Of a DNA stretch of 64,000 nucleotides, positions 17,678-26,781 are shown piece by piece. The translations under genes and the position numbers were made by a program. The DNA comes from Gammaproteobacteria bacterium (lineage in GTDB: Bacteria; Pseudomonadota; Gammaproteobacteria; UBA6429; Thiohalophilaceae). The notes under the pieces were generated by a model. The model did no database searches. It saw only the letters and a program-made list of their open reading frames with translations, and was not told the origin of the DNA. Within the stretch, counting starts at the first letter, position 1. Every line of letters begins with the position of its first letter. The stretch lies in assembly GCA_024275115.1 (NCBI GenBank), contig JAJRZT010000065.1, positions 4,955 to 68,954 of the forward strand, written 5' to 3'.

Positions 17678-17986
17678 CTACAAATGCCCATTTTTCTCCA
17701 CAGCGGTAACCCAATAAATACATCGCCCCGCGAGACCCTGAGTTTTGCTGCGTATAGTGTCAAGCACCATATCGACATCACCATCTTCAAGCATAATGTC
17801 CACTCGTACCCGTGGCGTGTAACCCACCACTTTATCTCTTGCCGAAAGAAAAGGATCATTTTCGACCTGCACACCATGCCCTTCCACCTTACAAAAGGTA
17901 AACCCAGAAACCTGTTCCAGACTACGTAACTGATCAGCCAGCGCCTGCTGCACGTTAGAGTGAATAATAAGGATTAAATGCTTCAT
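17678..17986 (-). CDS. DUF3240-like small protein (PII-like fold family commonly found after czcA-type genes)
   Basis: 102 aa, with an ATGA overlap with the RND pump stop. The family assignment is from memory of gene context and size, not from a search. Confidence 0.5.
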   Translation of the reverse strand: MKHLILIIHSNVQQALADQLRSLEQVSGFTFCKVEGHGVQVENDPFLSARDKVVGYTPRVRVDIMLEDGDVDMVLDTIRSKTQGLAGRCIYWVTAVEKNGHL

Positions 17987-20900
17987 ACGTTTTTCTCCTT
18001 CTCTGCCACAATACCTGATTTACGCAGGGTAAAAGTTTCCAGCCAGGCATACAGTGTTGGTAACAAAACCAGGGTTAATAAGGTTGATGTGAACAAGCCA
18101 CCTATAACAACCACCGCTAATGGTCGTTGCAACTCTGAGCCTGGCCCGGTTGCTGCCAGTAACGGAACCAGCCCCAGGCTGGCGATCAATGCGGTCATCA
18201 ATACTGGACGTAGACGTCGCTCCGCACCTTCCTGTACCGCCTGTAAAATACTGCTCCCTGCTTCACGTAACTGATTAAAGAAGCTCACCATCACCACGCC
18301 GTTAAGTACCGCGACACCAAACAAGGTGATAAACCCTACCGAGGCAGGCACGGATAGATACAACCCGGATAAATACAGGCTGACGACCCCGCCAATCATC
18401 GCGAATGGAATATTCAGAAGAATAAGCCCGGCCTGAGACAATGAACGGAATGTTACAAATAACATCAGGAAAATAAGTGCGATAGCAATGGGCACCACCA
18501 CGCCCAGTCGCTTAGCCGCACGTTGCTGGTTTTCAAACTGGCCTCCAAAAGTTACATAATATCCGGAAGGTAATTTTATATTGGTTTCAATGCTGCGCTG
18601 CACTTCTTCAACAAAACTCACCACGTCACGCCCTTCCACATTGGACTGCACCACCACCTGACGTTTAGCCGACTCACGGGCAATTTCAACCGGACCGTCA
18701 ACTTCATGTACGTGAGCCAGTAAACGTATCGGCACTTTAGCGCCACGCGGCGTTTCAACCAGCAAAGCCTTGATATCTTTCACCGAAGTACGTGCAGCTT
18801 GCGGATAGCGTAATAAAATACCGGTGCGGCGATTATCTTCAATAATTTCCGTCGCAACCTGACCGGCAACGGCCGTTTCGATCAGCGTATTAATATCTTC
18901 TACATTAATACCGTAGCGTGCAATAGCCGCCGGACTTATATCAACTTGCAAATAAGTCTGCCCGGACAACCGGCCACGAAACACGTCCACCGCGCCCACT
19001 GTTTTATTTACCAGTGTTTCAATTTGTGTTGAGAGGGTTTCCAGTACTTTCAGGTCGTCACCATAAAGTTTAATCGCCATCGCAGCGCGCACACCGGTTA
19101 ACATTTCTGAAACACGCATATCAATCGGCTGGGTAAAGGCGATATCAATTCCTTCAAAACGGTCCAGCTTTTCACGCAACTTTTCTAATAATGTCGCTTG
19201 ATCGATTGTCCATTCATCGCGCGGGCGGGTAATAATAAAATTATCGGTTTGATACAAGCCCATCGGATCCATACGTAATTCATCCGCACCGGTGCGTGAT
19301 ACCACCCCGGTCACTTCAGGAATTTCCATAAACGCTTTTTGAATCGGCGCATCCCGCTCCAGTGAGTGCCGCAACGATATATCAGATTCTTTTTCAACTA
19401 TAATGACCGTCGAACCTTCATCCATCAGCGGCATAAACTCTTTACCAATATGCGGGAACAGCGCAATGGTGCCAGCCAATGCCAGTAACGCAACACTGAT
19501 AGGGATAGCGCGAAAACGCAAAGCCCAACTTACTACCGGACGATAAAGATTTTTCAGGTGACGCAATAACCACTCTTCTTTCTCAGGGTCACCTTTATCT
19601 AAGCTCTTTTTATCGTCACCCGCTTTCATTAATAAACTCGCCAGCACCGGAATAACCGTTAATGATAAAATCAGCGAACCCATCAGTGCAAAAGAAATGG
19701 TGACTGCCAGCGGGGTAAACATTTTTCCTTCCAGCCCGGTTAAGCTGAATATTGGCAGGAACACCACGATAATAATCAGTACCCCACTGATCACTGGCGT
19801 TGCCACTTCCAGTACCGCGCGATAAATTAAGTGCAATCGATTAACACCTTTAGGGGCTTTGTTTAACTGAGTATGAATATTTTCCACCACCACCACCGCA
19901 GCATCAACCAGAATACCAATGGCTATGGCTACACCGCCCAGCGACATCAGGTTAGCCGAAACACCCACCAGACGCATCATAATAAAGGTAAATAAAACCG
20001 CCAGGGGTAAAACCAGTGCAACGGTTAAAGCCGCTCGCAGATTACCCAGCATAACAATCAATACCAGTAACACCAGCAACACCGCTTCACCCAACACCTT
20101 TTCCACCGTCCAGACGGCCGCTGTCACCAGCTCACTTCGATCATAAAAAGGTATAATTTTAATCCCCTCGGGCAAGGTGGGTTTGAGGGCTTCCAGTTCA
20201 CGCTTAACGCCCTCCACGGTACTACGACTATTGGCTCCCTTACGCGATAAAACTAAACCGGTTACCACTTCACCTTCACCATCCGCTGTCACCGCACCGT
20301 AACGGGTTAACGAGCCAATGCGAACTGTTGCCAGTTTTCCAATCTGAATAGGAACACCATTACGCGTTGCCACGGTGATACCACGAATGTCTGCTTCATT
20401 ACGTAACAAACCTCGGGTACGCACCAGTAACATTTTCTCACCACGCTCAATACGGTCACCGCCGGCATTGCGGTTATTTTCCTGCAACGCCTTAAACAAA
20501 TCATCCATACCCAGACCATATTTTACCAGTGCATCTGGGTTAGGCATTACTTCAAAGGCGCGCACTTCACCACCCAGTGAATTCACGTCGGCCACACCTT
20601 TAACCGTGCGTAAACGTGGACGGATAACCCAGTCCTGAATAATACGCAGTTCGCTATTGCTATAACCCTCACCTTCGATGCGGTACATATACATTTCACC
20701 CAACGGCGTGGTCACCGGCGCAAGCCCGCCATCCACACCTTTCGGTAAATCACCCCATACCTGACTAAGACGTTCATTCACCTGGTTACGCGCCCAGTAA
20801 ATATCGGTGCCATCCTCAAAGTCAATTTTAATAATACTCAAAGCATACTTGGTCACCGAACGTAGTACCTTTTGCCGTGGCAAACCCTGCATTTCCATTT

Positions 20901-21108
20901 CAATGGGAAAGGTAATTCGGCTTTCCACTTCAGTTGGTGACAGCCCTGGTGCTTTTACAATAATTTGTACCTGTGGTGCTGAAATATCAGGGAAAGCATC
21001 AATGGGTAAGGTCTTGAATGCCCACACACCACCCACCGATAAAGCCGTTGCAAGCAATAACATCATCAGCCGCTGGATTAATGAAAAACGTATTAAACTG
21101 GCAATCAT
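17983..21108 (-). CDS. CusA/CzcA-family heavy-metal efflux RND transporter
   Basis: 1041 aa with a typical N-terminus (..LPIDAFPDISAPQVQIIVKAPGLSPTEVE..) and 12-TM RND architecture. Confidence 0.9.
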   Translation of the reverse strand: MIASLIRFSLIQRLMMLLLATALSVGGVWAFKTLPIDAFPDISAPQVQIIVKAPGLSPTEVESRITFPIEMEMQGLPRQKVLRSVTKYALSIIKIDFEDGTDIYWARNQVNERLSQVWGDLPKGVDGGLAPVTTPLGEMYMYRIEGEGYSNSELRIIQDWVIRPRLRTVKGVADVNSLGGEVRAFEVMPNPDALVKYGLGMDDLFKALQENNRNAGGDRIERGEKMLLVRTRGLLRNEADIRGITVATRNGVPIQIGKLATVRIGSLTRYGAVTADGEGEVVTGLVLSRKGANSRSTVEGVKRELEALKPTLPEGIKIIPFYDRSELVTAAVWTVEKVLGEAVLLVLLVLIVMLGNLRAALTVALVLPLAVLFTFIMMRLVGVSANLMSLGGVAIAIGILVDAAVVVVENIHTQLNKAPKGVNRLHLIYRAVLEVATPVISGVLIIIVVFLPIFSLTGLEGKMFTPLAVTISFALMGSLILSLTVIPVLASLLMKAGDDKKSLDKGDPEKEEWLLRHLKNLYRPVVSWALRFRAIPISVALLALAGTIALFPHIGKEFMPLMDEGSTVIIVEKESDISLRHSLERDAPIQKAFMEIPEVTGVVSRTGADELRMDPMGLYQTDNFIITRPRDEWTIDQATLLEKLREKLDRFEGIDIAFTQPIDMRVSEMLTGVRAAMAIKLYGDDLKVLETLSTQIETLVNKTVGAVDVFRGRLSGQTYLQVDISPAAIARYGINVEDINTLIETAVAGQVATEIIEDNRRTGILLRYPQAARTSVKDIKALLVETPRGAKVPIRLLAHVHEVDGPVEIARESAKRQVVVQSNVEGRDVVSFVEEVQRSIETNIKLPSGYYVTFGGQFENQQRAAKRLGVVVPIAIALIFLMLFVTFRSLSQAGLILLNIPFAMIGGVVSLYLSGLYLSVPASVGFITLFGVAVLNGVVMVSFFNQLREAGSSILQAVQEGAERRLRPVLMTALIASLGLVPLLAATGPGSELQRPLAVVVIGGLFTSTLLTLVLLPTLYAWLETFTLRKSGIVAEKEKNV

Positions 21109-21110
21109 GA

Positions 21111-22415
21111 TTATTTCACCCCGCCCATATTCATACCAAAATCAGGCGCGTTGTTATCCAACAGCGAAATGCCTGCTGACATCCGTACTGCGGCAAGTTC
21201 AAGCCAGGCTTGTTGCAATAATTCAAGGTAACGTGCCCGCACATCAAAATAGGTATTATTGGCGTCAATTAAAGTAAGAATATACAACTCACCCGCCTTA
21301 AACCCTTTGCGCGTTAAGCTAAAAACATGTTGTGCCGGTTTTAAAAGATGTTTGCGGTAATGTTCAGCCTGTTTAATCAGGTGACCGAGATGCAAGTGGC
21401 TTTTATGCAGACGCGTTCGCAAATTACGTTGTTGCATCTTTAACTCCGCTTGCGCCTGATGCACGGCAAAGCGCGCCTGGGTAACACGGCCATTATTTTT
21501 ATTCCATAACGGAACCTGAACACTCAACATAACACCGGTACTCTGTTGGCGACGATTGGCAATATATTCTTCAGTGCGAAACAGACTTAAGGTTGGATCA
21601 GAAAAACGCTGTGCGCGTGCAACCGCAACCCCCGCCTGTGAAGCTGCGACAGCCTGTTTATAGGCTTGCAGTGACGGATGCTGTTGCATACTCTTTTCCA
21701 TCACGCTGAAGCTCTCAATAGCTGTCACTGGTGTGAGTGCCACCAATGCTATTTTGTTTTCAAGGGGTAACCGCAATAAAGATTTAAAACTTGCGGCCGC
21801 CTCATCAAATTGACCTTCGGCCATGTCCGCAGTTTGTTTCGCCGACTGCAATACAATATTCAAACGCATCGTTTCCAGCGGGGTAAGATAACGTATAAGC
21901 GGGTCATGATTACTTCCGGTATGTTGAAAACGATGCGCTTGCTGCAATCGTTTTTTTGCCAGTTGCAATTTGGCCTGAGCAAACTGCAAAATATGCAGGC
22001 GTTGCGCCACCTTATATTCCAGCGCCAAACGCTGCTGACGGAATAAAGCCTGCGCACTGGCAACCTCGGCTTCGGCCTGTGTACGTTGGTGCTTTAATCG
22101 CCCCATCGGTATGGGTTGTGAAATTTCTAACTGGGTAACATTGTAGCCACCACTGGATGATTCCAAGCCTAGCGTTTCATCCACTTGAACGCTCACACTG
22201 GGGTTCGGCCATGCGCCAGCTTGTTCCAGCTTGCCCTGCTGTTTGCCTATTGCAGCATTAGCTGCTTTTATTTCCGGTGCCACTTCCAATGCACGTTGAA
22301 TACTGGCGCCCAGTGTCCAACGTGACTCAGGTGACGCCAATGTTAGTGGAGCCAATGTTAACAATGAAGCAGCCAGAGCAACACTTAGCAATGAAGGTAT
22401 TAATATCTTAGTCAT
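21111..22415 (-). CDS. TolC/CzcC-like outer membrane efflux factor
   Basis: It has a signal peptide and coiled-coil-rich OEP repeats (..RQQRLALEYKVAQ.., ..AQAELKMQQRNLR..). The ORF track extends to 22427, but ATG 22415 (MTKILIP) is the likelier start. Confidence 0.8.
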   Translation of the reverse strand: MTKILIPSLLSVALAASLLTLAPLTLASPESRWTLGASIQRALEVAPEIKAANAAIGKQQGKLEQAGAWPNPSVSVQVDETLGLESSSGGYNVTQLEISQPIPMGRLKHQRTQAEAEVASAQALFRQQRLALEYKVAQRLHILQFAQAKLQLAKKRLQQAHRFQHTGSNHDPLIRYLTPLETMRLNIVLQSAKQTADMAEGQFDEAAASFKSLLRLPLENKIALVALTPVTAIESFSVMEKSMQQHPSLQAYKQAVAASQAGVAVARAQRFSDPTLSLFRTEEYIANRRQQSTGVMLSVQVPLWNKNNGRVTQARFAVHQAQAELKMQQRNLRTRLHKSHLHLGHLIKQAEHYRKHLLKPAQHVFSLTRKGFKAGELYILTLIDANNTYFDVRARYLELLQQAWLELAAVRMSAGISLLDNNAPDFGMNMGGVK

Positions 22416-22595
22416 AAAATTATCCATCTCAATTTATAGCGAACAGGGTTTTTGATTACTGTTTTAAATGCCTTAAATAAACTTGTTCGTAAACAAACAA
22501 TATTTTTTCGTGATACGAAAATACAACAACCAAAGGAGCAACTTTTTCGGTGTTTAAATTTTTATCAATAACCGTCACATGTAATATGACAGAAA

Positions 22596-23018
22596 TTAAA
22601 TTATGGCGGTGCGAGGAGGGGCGCGGAGAGGTGGATAAAGTAAGTAGTTGAGTGAGGGGCGTTCTATTCTAAAAATCCATTTTTTACGAAACAGGGATAA
22701 AAATAGAATGTATAAACTAATACATATAAATGTAAATAATAAAATAAATGAATTAAACGATTCGACTTTTTTTACCAGGCTACCGGAACTCACTTCAATT
22801 TCGGCAGGGCGGTCGCTGCCATTTTGATATTGAGCATCGTACATCGTGTCCTGCTGCGAATAGGCAGGGTGCAACGCAATGCTGTGCCCGCTATGGGTCG
22901 CTGAGGCACTTTCATCTTGAACATGCATATGCAACCTGGACGCTTGCCCAAATAATAGCGCAAAACCCAGGCATGCGATCAGCAAATAGCTGGAAATATT
23001 ATTATGCTGCCTTCTCAT
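22596..23018 (-). CDS. Hypothetical small membrane protein with a His-rich segment (HMHVQDESASATHSGHSIALH)
   Basis: ORF track 22596..23048. It has an N-terminal hydrophobic segment, a second TM near the C-terminus, and ends ..PPLRAPPRTAII. It is AT-rich and I recognised no family. Confidence 0.3.
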   Translation of the reverse strand: MRRQHNNISSYLLIACLGFALLFGQASRLHMHVQDESASATHSGHSIALHPAYSQQDTMYDAQYQNGSDRPAEIEVSSGSLVKKVESFNSFILLFTFICISLYILFLSLFRKKWIFRIERPSLNYLLYPPLRAPPRTAII

Positions 23019-23175
23019 AACGCAAAAGTTTATACAGCGCCACCGCATAATGCAAACTAATTAGCAACGGACAACAATCGCTATCTAAATTTGTGGCGCG
23101 CTAAAGACCTGTGTTTTTAATGTTATTAATTAACATGAACTCGGGGCACATTCTCGTGTCATACAGCTACCTATG

Positions 23176-23216
23176 TAGGTCTCTCTGCGCCACATTAGGT
23201 CTCTCTGCGCCACATT
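23176..23216. repeat. Perfect tandem duplication of a 20-bp unit (AGGTCTCTCTGCGCCACATT x2)
   Basis: Read directly: 23177-23196 equals 23197-23216. It is intergenic, about 230 nt upstream of the YkgJ-like gene. Confidence 0.9.
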
Positions 23217-23442
23217 CGCCTTCTGCTCGGCACCCGCTATAATCATTAACAGCTAAAACGAATATAAAAACAATGACTTAGATCAGCCAACATTTTCGAA
23301 TATCCAACTATATTTTATACTCACCCTTTAATTTAAGGTATAATACGCCACCGTAGAAATTTCCTTTTCAGCAAAAGCCCGAATAATGACGTCATTTGGG
23401 CCTATTTCATTTTGGCGCAATAAACTGCAAGAGACACAAATT

Positions 23443-24354
23443 ATGAGTATTGAAGATACACAAGGCCCTTTTGACAATATCCCGCATAACAGCCCGGTTC
23501 AACCACAACGTTTAAGTGGCGAGGATAAATTTAATTTCAGCTGTTACAAAGGCATCTCTTGCTTTAATGCCTGTTGCCGTCAAGCTGACATTACTTTAAC
23601 GCCCTATGACATATTACGGCTTAAAGATAACCTTGGGATGACCTCGACCGAGTTTTTGAAAAAGCACACCGTCCCTTTTGAAATTGATGGACAGGGCTTA
23701 CCCGGCGTTAAACTTCGCACCGAAGATGATGACCCCATTTGCCTGTTACTGGATGGCGATAATGGCTGTAGTGTTTACGAAGATCGCCCATCAGCCTGTC
23801 GTTATTACCCGGTTGGTTTGCTTAACATGCGTGCCTTTAAAGCCGAAAAGGAAGAGCAACATTACTTTATGGTGAAAGAAAGCCACTGTACCGGCCACAA
23901 TGAAGATCGTGAAATTAGCATTGATGCGTACCGTAAAGAGCAAGGTCTGGAGGAATATGACGAGTTTAACTGGCAGTACTACCGTTTAATTTTAAAGAAA
24001 AAATCCTCTGGCCCCACCATTGGTAAACCCTCCACGCAAAGCTTCCATTTTTTCTTCACCGCGGCCTACGATGTTGATCGTTTCCGTGAGTTTGTAAAAT
24101 CACCTAACTTTCTAAAAGTGTATGCTATTGCAGAAGATGAATATAAAGAATTGCTGAAAGATGACTACAAACTGGTTAGCTTTGGTTTAATGTTAATGCA
24201 TCAGGTTTTATTTGGCGAGAATACCATTCCACTGGTAGAAAATGCTTACGAAAATCGCATTGAAGAGCGTAAAGATATACTTGAAGCAAAAAGACAGTTA
24301 GCCGAAGAAATTGCAAAAAAAGAAGATCCTACTGATCAGTATATTCAGGATTAG
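23443..24354 (+). CDS. YkgJ-family Cys-cluster (CxxCxxCC-type zinc/iron-chelating) protein
   Basis: Motifs FSCYKGISCFNACC and CLLLDGDNGCSVYEDRPSACRYYP. The start is taken at MSIEDTQ (23443) inside ORF 23386..24354. Confidence 0.65.
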   Translation: MSIEDTQGPFDNIPHNSPVQPQRLSGEDKFNFSCYKGISCFNACCRQADITLTPYDILRLKDNLGMTSTEFLKKHTVPFEIDGQGLPGVKLRTEDDDPICLLLDGDNGCSVYEDRPSACRYYPVGLLNMRAFKAEKEEQHYFMVKESHCTGHNEDREISIDAYRKEQGLEEYDEFNWQYYRLILKKKSSGPTIGKPSTQSFHFFFTAAYDVDRFREFVKSPNFLKVYAIAEDEYKELLKDDYKLVSFGLMLMHQVLFGENTIPLVENAYENRIEERKDILEAKRQLAEEIAKKEDPTDQYIQD

Positions 24355-24495
24355 ATTTAGTGCCCGTTTTTTTGTACGGTCACTTATGCCTGAGCTTGCA
24401 ACTCAAGCGCGGCGTCTACTAATAAAAGAAGAAGTACATTAAGTGATAAAATTGCTCATTGCGAGGAGGACTAACCGCCCCAGCAATGAGCATAA

Positions 24496-24548
24496 TACGA
24501 TACTTTTATTTACGATACTTTTATTTACGATACTTTTATTTACGATAC
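24496..24548. repeat. 3.5 tandem copies of a 15-bp unit (TACGATACTTTTATT)
   Basis: Read directly: 24496-24510, 24511-24525, 24526-24540, and a partial copy 24541-24548. The last copy contains the stop codon and last codons (..YRK*) of the minus-strand PstS-like gene. Confidence 0.9.
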
Positions 24549-25429
24549 AGGCCCCGTCGACTCGCGCGCTCTGCCTGTTCAACTTGCTTCATTACCAGGC
24601 CAATCGCATCCGCATAGGGCACCGTACCTGCTTTACGAATAATCGCCATACCTTCGCGGCTGAGTGCGAATTTTATAAATTTACGCACTTTAGGCGAGCT
24701 GCTTCGGCCTTTGGTAACAAGGTATAGCGGACGATACAAAAGGTACTGTCCATTCTTAATATTATCAAATGTAGGCGCTTTACCGTCCAGTTTCAAAATT
24801 TTCACATCACGTCGCTTTGCACTACTGATCCCAGTGGTACCAATACCAATAAGGTTTTTCTGTATCCCTTTTTCTAATGGACCCGACGATTTCACAACGT
24901 ACTTAGCCACAGGGAAAGTCTGATCATAGTTAGCAAAAACAAGCTCACGTAATGTCCGCCCTACACCTGAAAATTTACCTTTACGAACATAGAGCTCTAT
25001 TGGCCCATTGTTACCCCCCAGTTCTTTCCAGTTTCTGATCTTACCCAGATAAACACCCTGAAGCTGTTCAAATGTGATGCTATCGACCGGGTTGTTTTTA
25101 TGCACTATCACTGCCAGTGCATCCCAGGCAACCGGGATTTGATAAGCACTGCGCTCTTCCGGATGCCTGTCCATTGCCACACGACAGGCTCCACCAATAT
25201 CAATAAGCCCTTTTGTGGCATTGCGAATACCTTTAGTCGCGCCACCGCCACTGATATTCACTTTTATACCCGTTTTCTTTTCATAGGCTTTGGCAAGCTC
25301 TTTCATAAAGGCTTTTTTGGTAATACCACAGCCTGCCCAGTTAATTTCATTTGCTGCAGATGAATAAGCAGATATGGAGATGGTACTAAAAACCAGAAAA
25401 GTGATGAATGCTAAGATTTTGCTACTCAT
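24536..25429 (-). CDS. PstS-family (phosphate-type) periplasmic substrate-binding protein, orphan
   Basis: It has a signal peptide (MSSKILAFITFLVFSTISISAYS) and the motifs GCGITKKAF..., ISGGGATKG and IGTTGIS. ATG 25429 has a GGAGGAG RBS. There are no adjacent permease or ATPase genes. Confidence 0.7.
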   Translation of the reverse strand: MSSKILAFITFLVFSTISISAYSSAANEINWAGCGITKKAFMKELAKAYEKKTGIKVNISGGGATKGIRNATKGLIDIGGACRVAMDRHPEERSAYQIPVAWDALAVIVHKNNPVDSITFEQLQGVYLGKIRNWKELGGNNGPIELYVRKGKFSGVGRTLRELVFANYDQTFPVAKYVVKSSGPLEKGIQKNLIGIGTTGISSAKRRDVKILKLDGKAPTFDNIKNGQYLLYRPLYLVTKGRSSSPKVRKFIKFALSREGMAIIRKAGTVPYADAIGLVMKQVEQAERASRRGLYRK

Positions 25430-25820
25430 AATATGTCTCCTCCAACATAAATATAGACGCTTATACTTATCTGAATACCTATATAGCAAATACTTTAAAA
25501 TATTCACGCCATAAATAAAGTGTAAATTCCTTTTCAAAACTTATTATCGGCTGATAAATCAAATAGTTAAGCAATTTTTATTGTAATATTAGCTCTTTAA
25601 GCCTTTTTGTCCGACTAATTATCGGAATAACAGGCCTAGTGATTGCTGAAACGGCGAACAACCTACACACCTGGAGCATCCTTATCTATACCTACGAATA
25701 TCATTTTAAAAGTCCTTTACAATGAAAACACTATTAAATCAACAGGGTAGAGGGAAACTCTAAAATATTGGTTAAAGTATAACCTATTCCTAAAACAACT
25801 GACTATAAAATTACAAGCAT

Positions 25821-25854
25821 AAAAAAAGCCCGCTTACATAAGCAGGCTTTTTTA
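25821..25854 (-). terminator. Rho-independent terminator after the qmoAB-hdrCB operon
   Basis: Stem AAGCCTGCTTA / TAAGCGGGCTT with one mismatch, followed on the minus strand by TTTTTTT. Confidence 0.6.
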
Positions 25855-25875
25855 CATTAAAACAAATACCACACT

Positions 25876-26739
25876 TTATTTGGCAATTTCCTCTAATTGT
25901 TTTGGGGTAATAATTTGCCCGTCTAAACCGGATTGCTTACGATCTTTACCATACGCCACACTCATTAATGTTGAGTAATACACAACCGGCATATTAAACT
26001 TGGTTTTGTATTTGGCATTAATGTCATTTTGATAGGCTTCAACATTCAACTGACACACCGGACAAGGTGTGACAATCATATCCGCACCACCGTCATAAGC
26101 TGCTTCAATAATGTCTTTGATTAAGGCTTGTGATTTTTCGGGTTCAGAAAAAGCGAGTGCACCACCACAACAAGATACTTTCTTGTCGTAGTTTTCAATT
26201 GGCTCGGCACCCATTGTTTCAACCAGCTTGTCTAAGTATTTTGGGTTTTCAAAAGACTCGCCATCAATGCCGAAAGGTCGATTCGTTTGGCAGCCCACAT
26301 AGCCAGCAATTTTAATACCGTCTAAAGGTTTTTTAACGTGCTTGCCAAGTTCGTCAAAACCGAAGTCTTCAATTAACACTTCCGCCATATGACGTACATT
26401 TTGATCGGCTTTAACCGATAAACCACCGGCCGCTAAGGCTTCGTTGGTTTCTTTCATTAATTCTTCATCGGCATTTAAGCGTTCTTTGGTTTCGCGTGTG
26501 GCTAACCAGCAAGCGGCACAAGTTGCAACAATGTCCTGACCCGGGCTTGCTTGCTCAGATAACGCCATGTTACGTGCACTTAATGCTAAACGGGGTAACT
26601 CACCACCTTCTGCATAACCGATAGACGCGGCACAGCAGTTCCAGTCTGGAATAGTGTTAAGTTTAATATCTAAAACATCACACATCGTTTCAACCGATGT
26701 TTGATAGTTAGAACCTGACGCTGCTTTTGTGATGAGCAA
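25876..26739 (-). CDS. hdrB: Heterodisulfide reductase subunit B-like protein (CCG domains). The 5' end is apparently frameshifted (see findings).
   Basis: ..IPDWNCCAAS.., ..TCAACW.., ..VSCCGGA.., ..TPCPVCQLN.. are CCG-type Cys motifs. A separate 11-codon reading frame from ATG 26771 encodes MAKKEYSFYPGCS, the usual HdrB N-terminus. Confidence 0.8.
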   Translation of the reverse strand: MLITKAASGSNYQTSVETMCDVLDIKLNTIPDWNCCAASIGYAEGGELPRLALSARNMALSEQASPGQDIVATCAACWLATRETKERLNADEELMKETNEALAAGGLSVKADQNVRHMAEVLIEDFGFDELGKHVKKPLDGIKIAGYVGCQTNRPFGIDGESFENPKYLDKLVETMGAEPIENYDKKVSCCGGALAFSEPEKSQALIKDIIEAAYDGGADMIVTPCPVCQLNVEAYQNDINAKYKTKFNMPVVYYSTLMSVAYGKDRKQSGLDGQIITPKQLEEIAK

Positions 26740-26781
26740 CCAGGGTAAAATGAATATTCTTTTTTCGCCATGAGTGCTCTC

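Noticed and set aside
21108-21111. Hidden or fused membrane-fusion protein between the OMF and the RND pump
   Set aside because: The two genes are separated by 2 nt. The 434/438-aa upstream product is a normal-length TolC-like OMF and the 1041-aa pump has a standard N-terminus. No MFP-like lipoyl or beta-barrel segments are seen.
24496-24548. Possible CRISPR array
   Set aside because: The units are only 15 bp and directly abutting with no spacers. I saw no cas genes in the window.
24443-24727. 94-aa ORF reading through the 15-bp repeats (..TILLFTILLFTILLFT..)
   Set aside because: The periodic peptide is an artefact of translating the tandem repeat. The ORF overlaps the PstS-like gene on the other strand.
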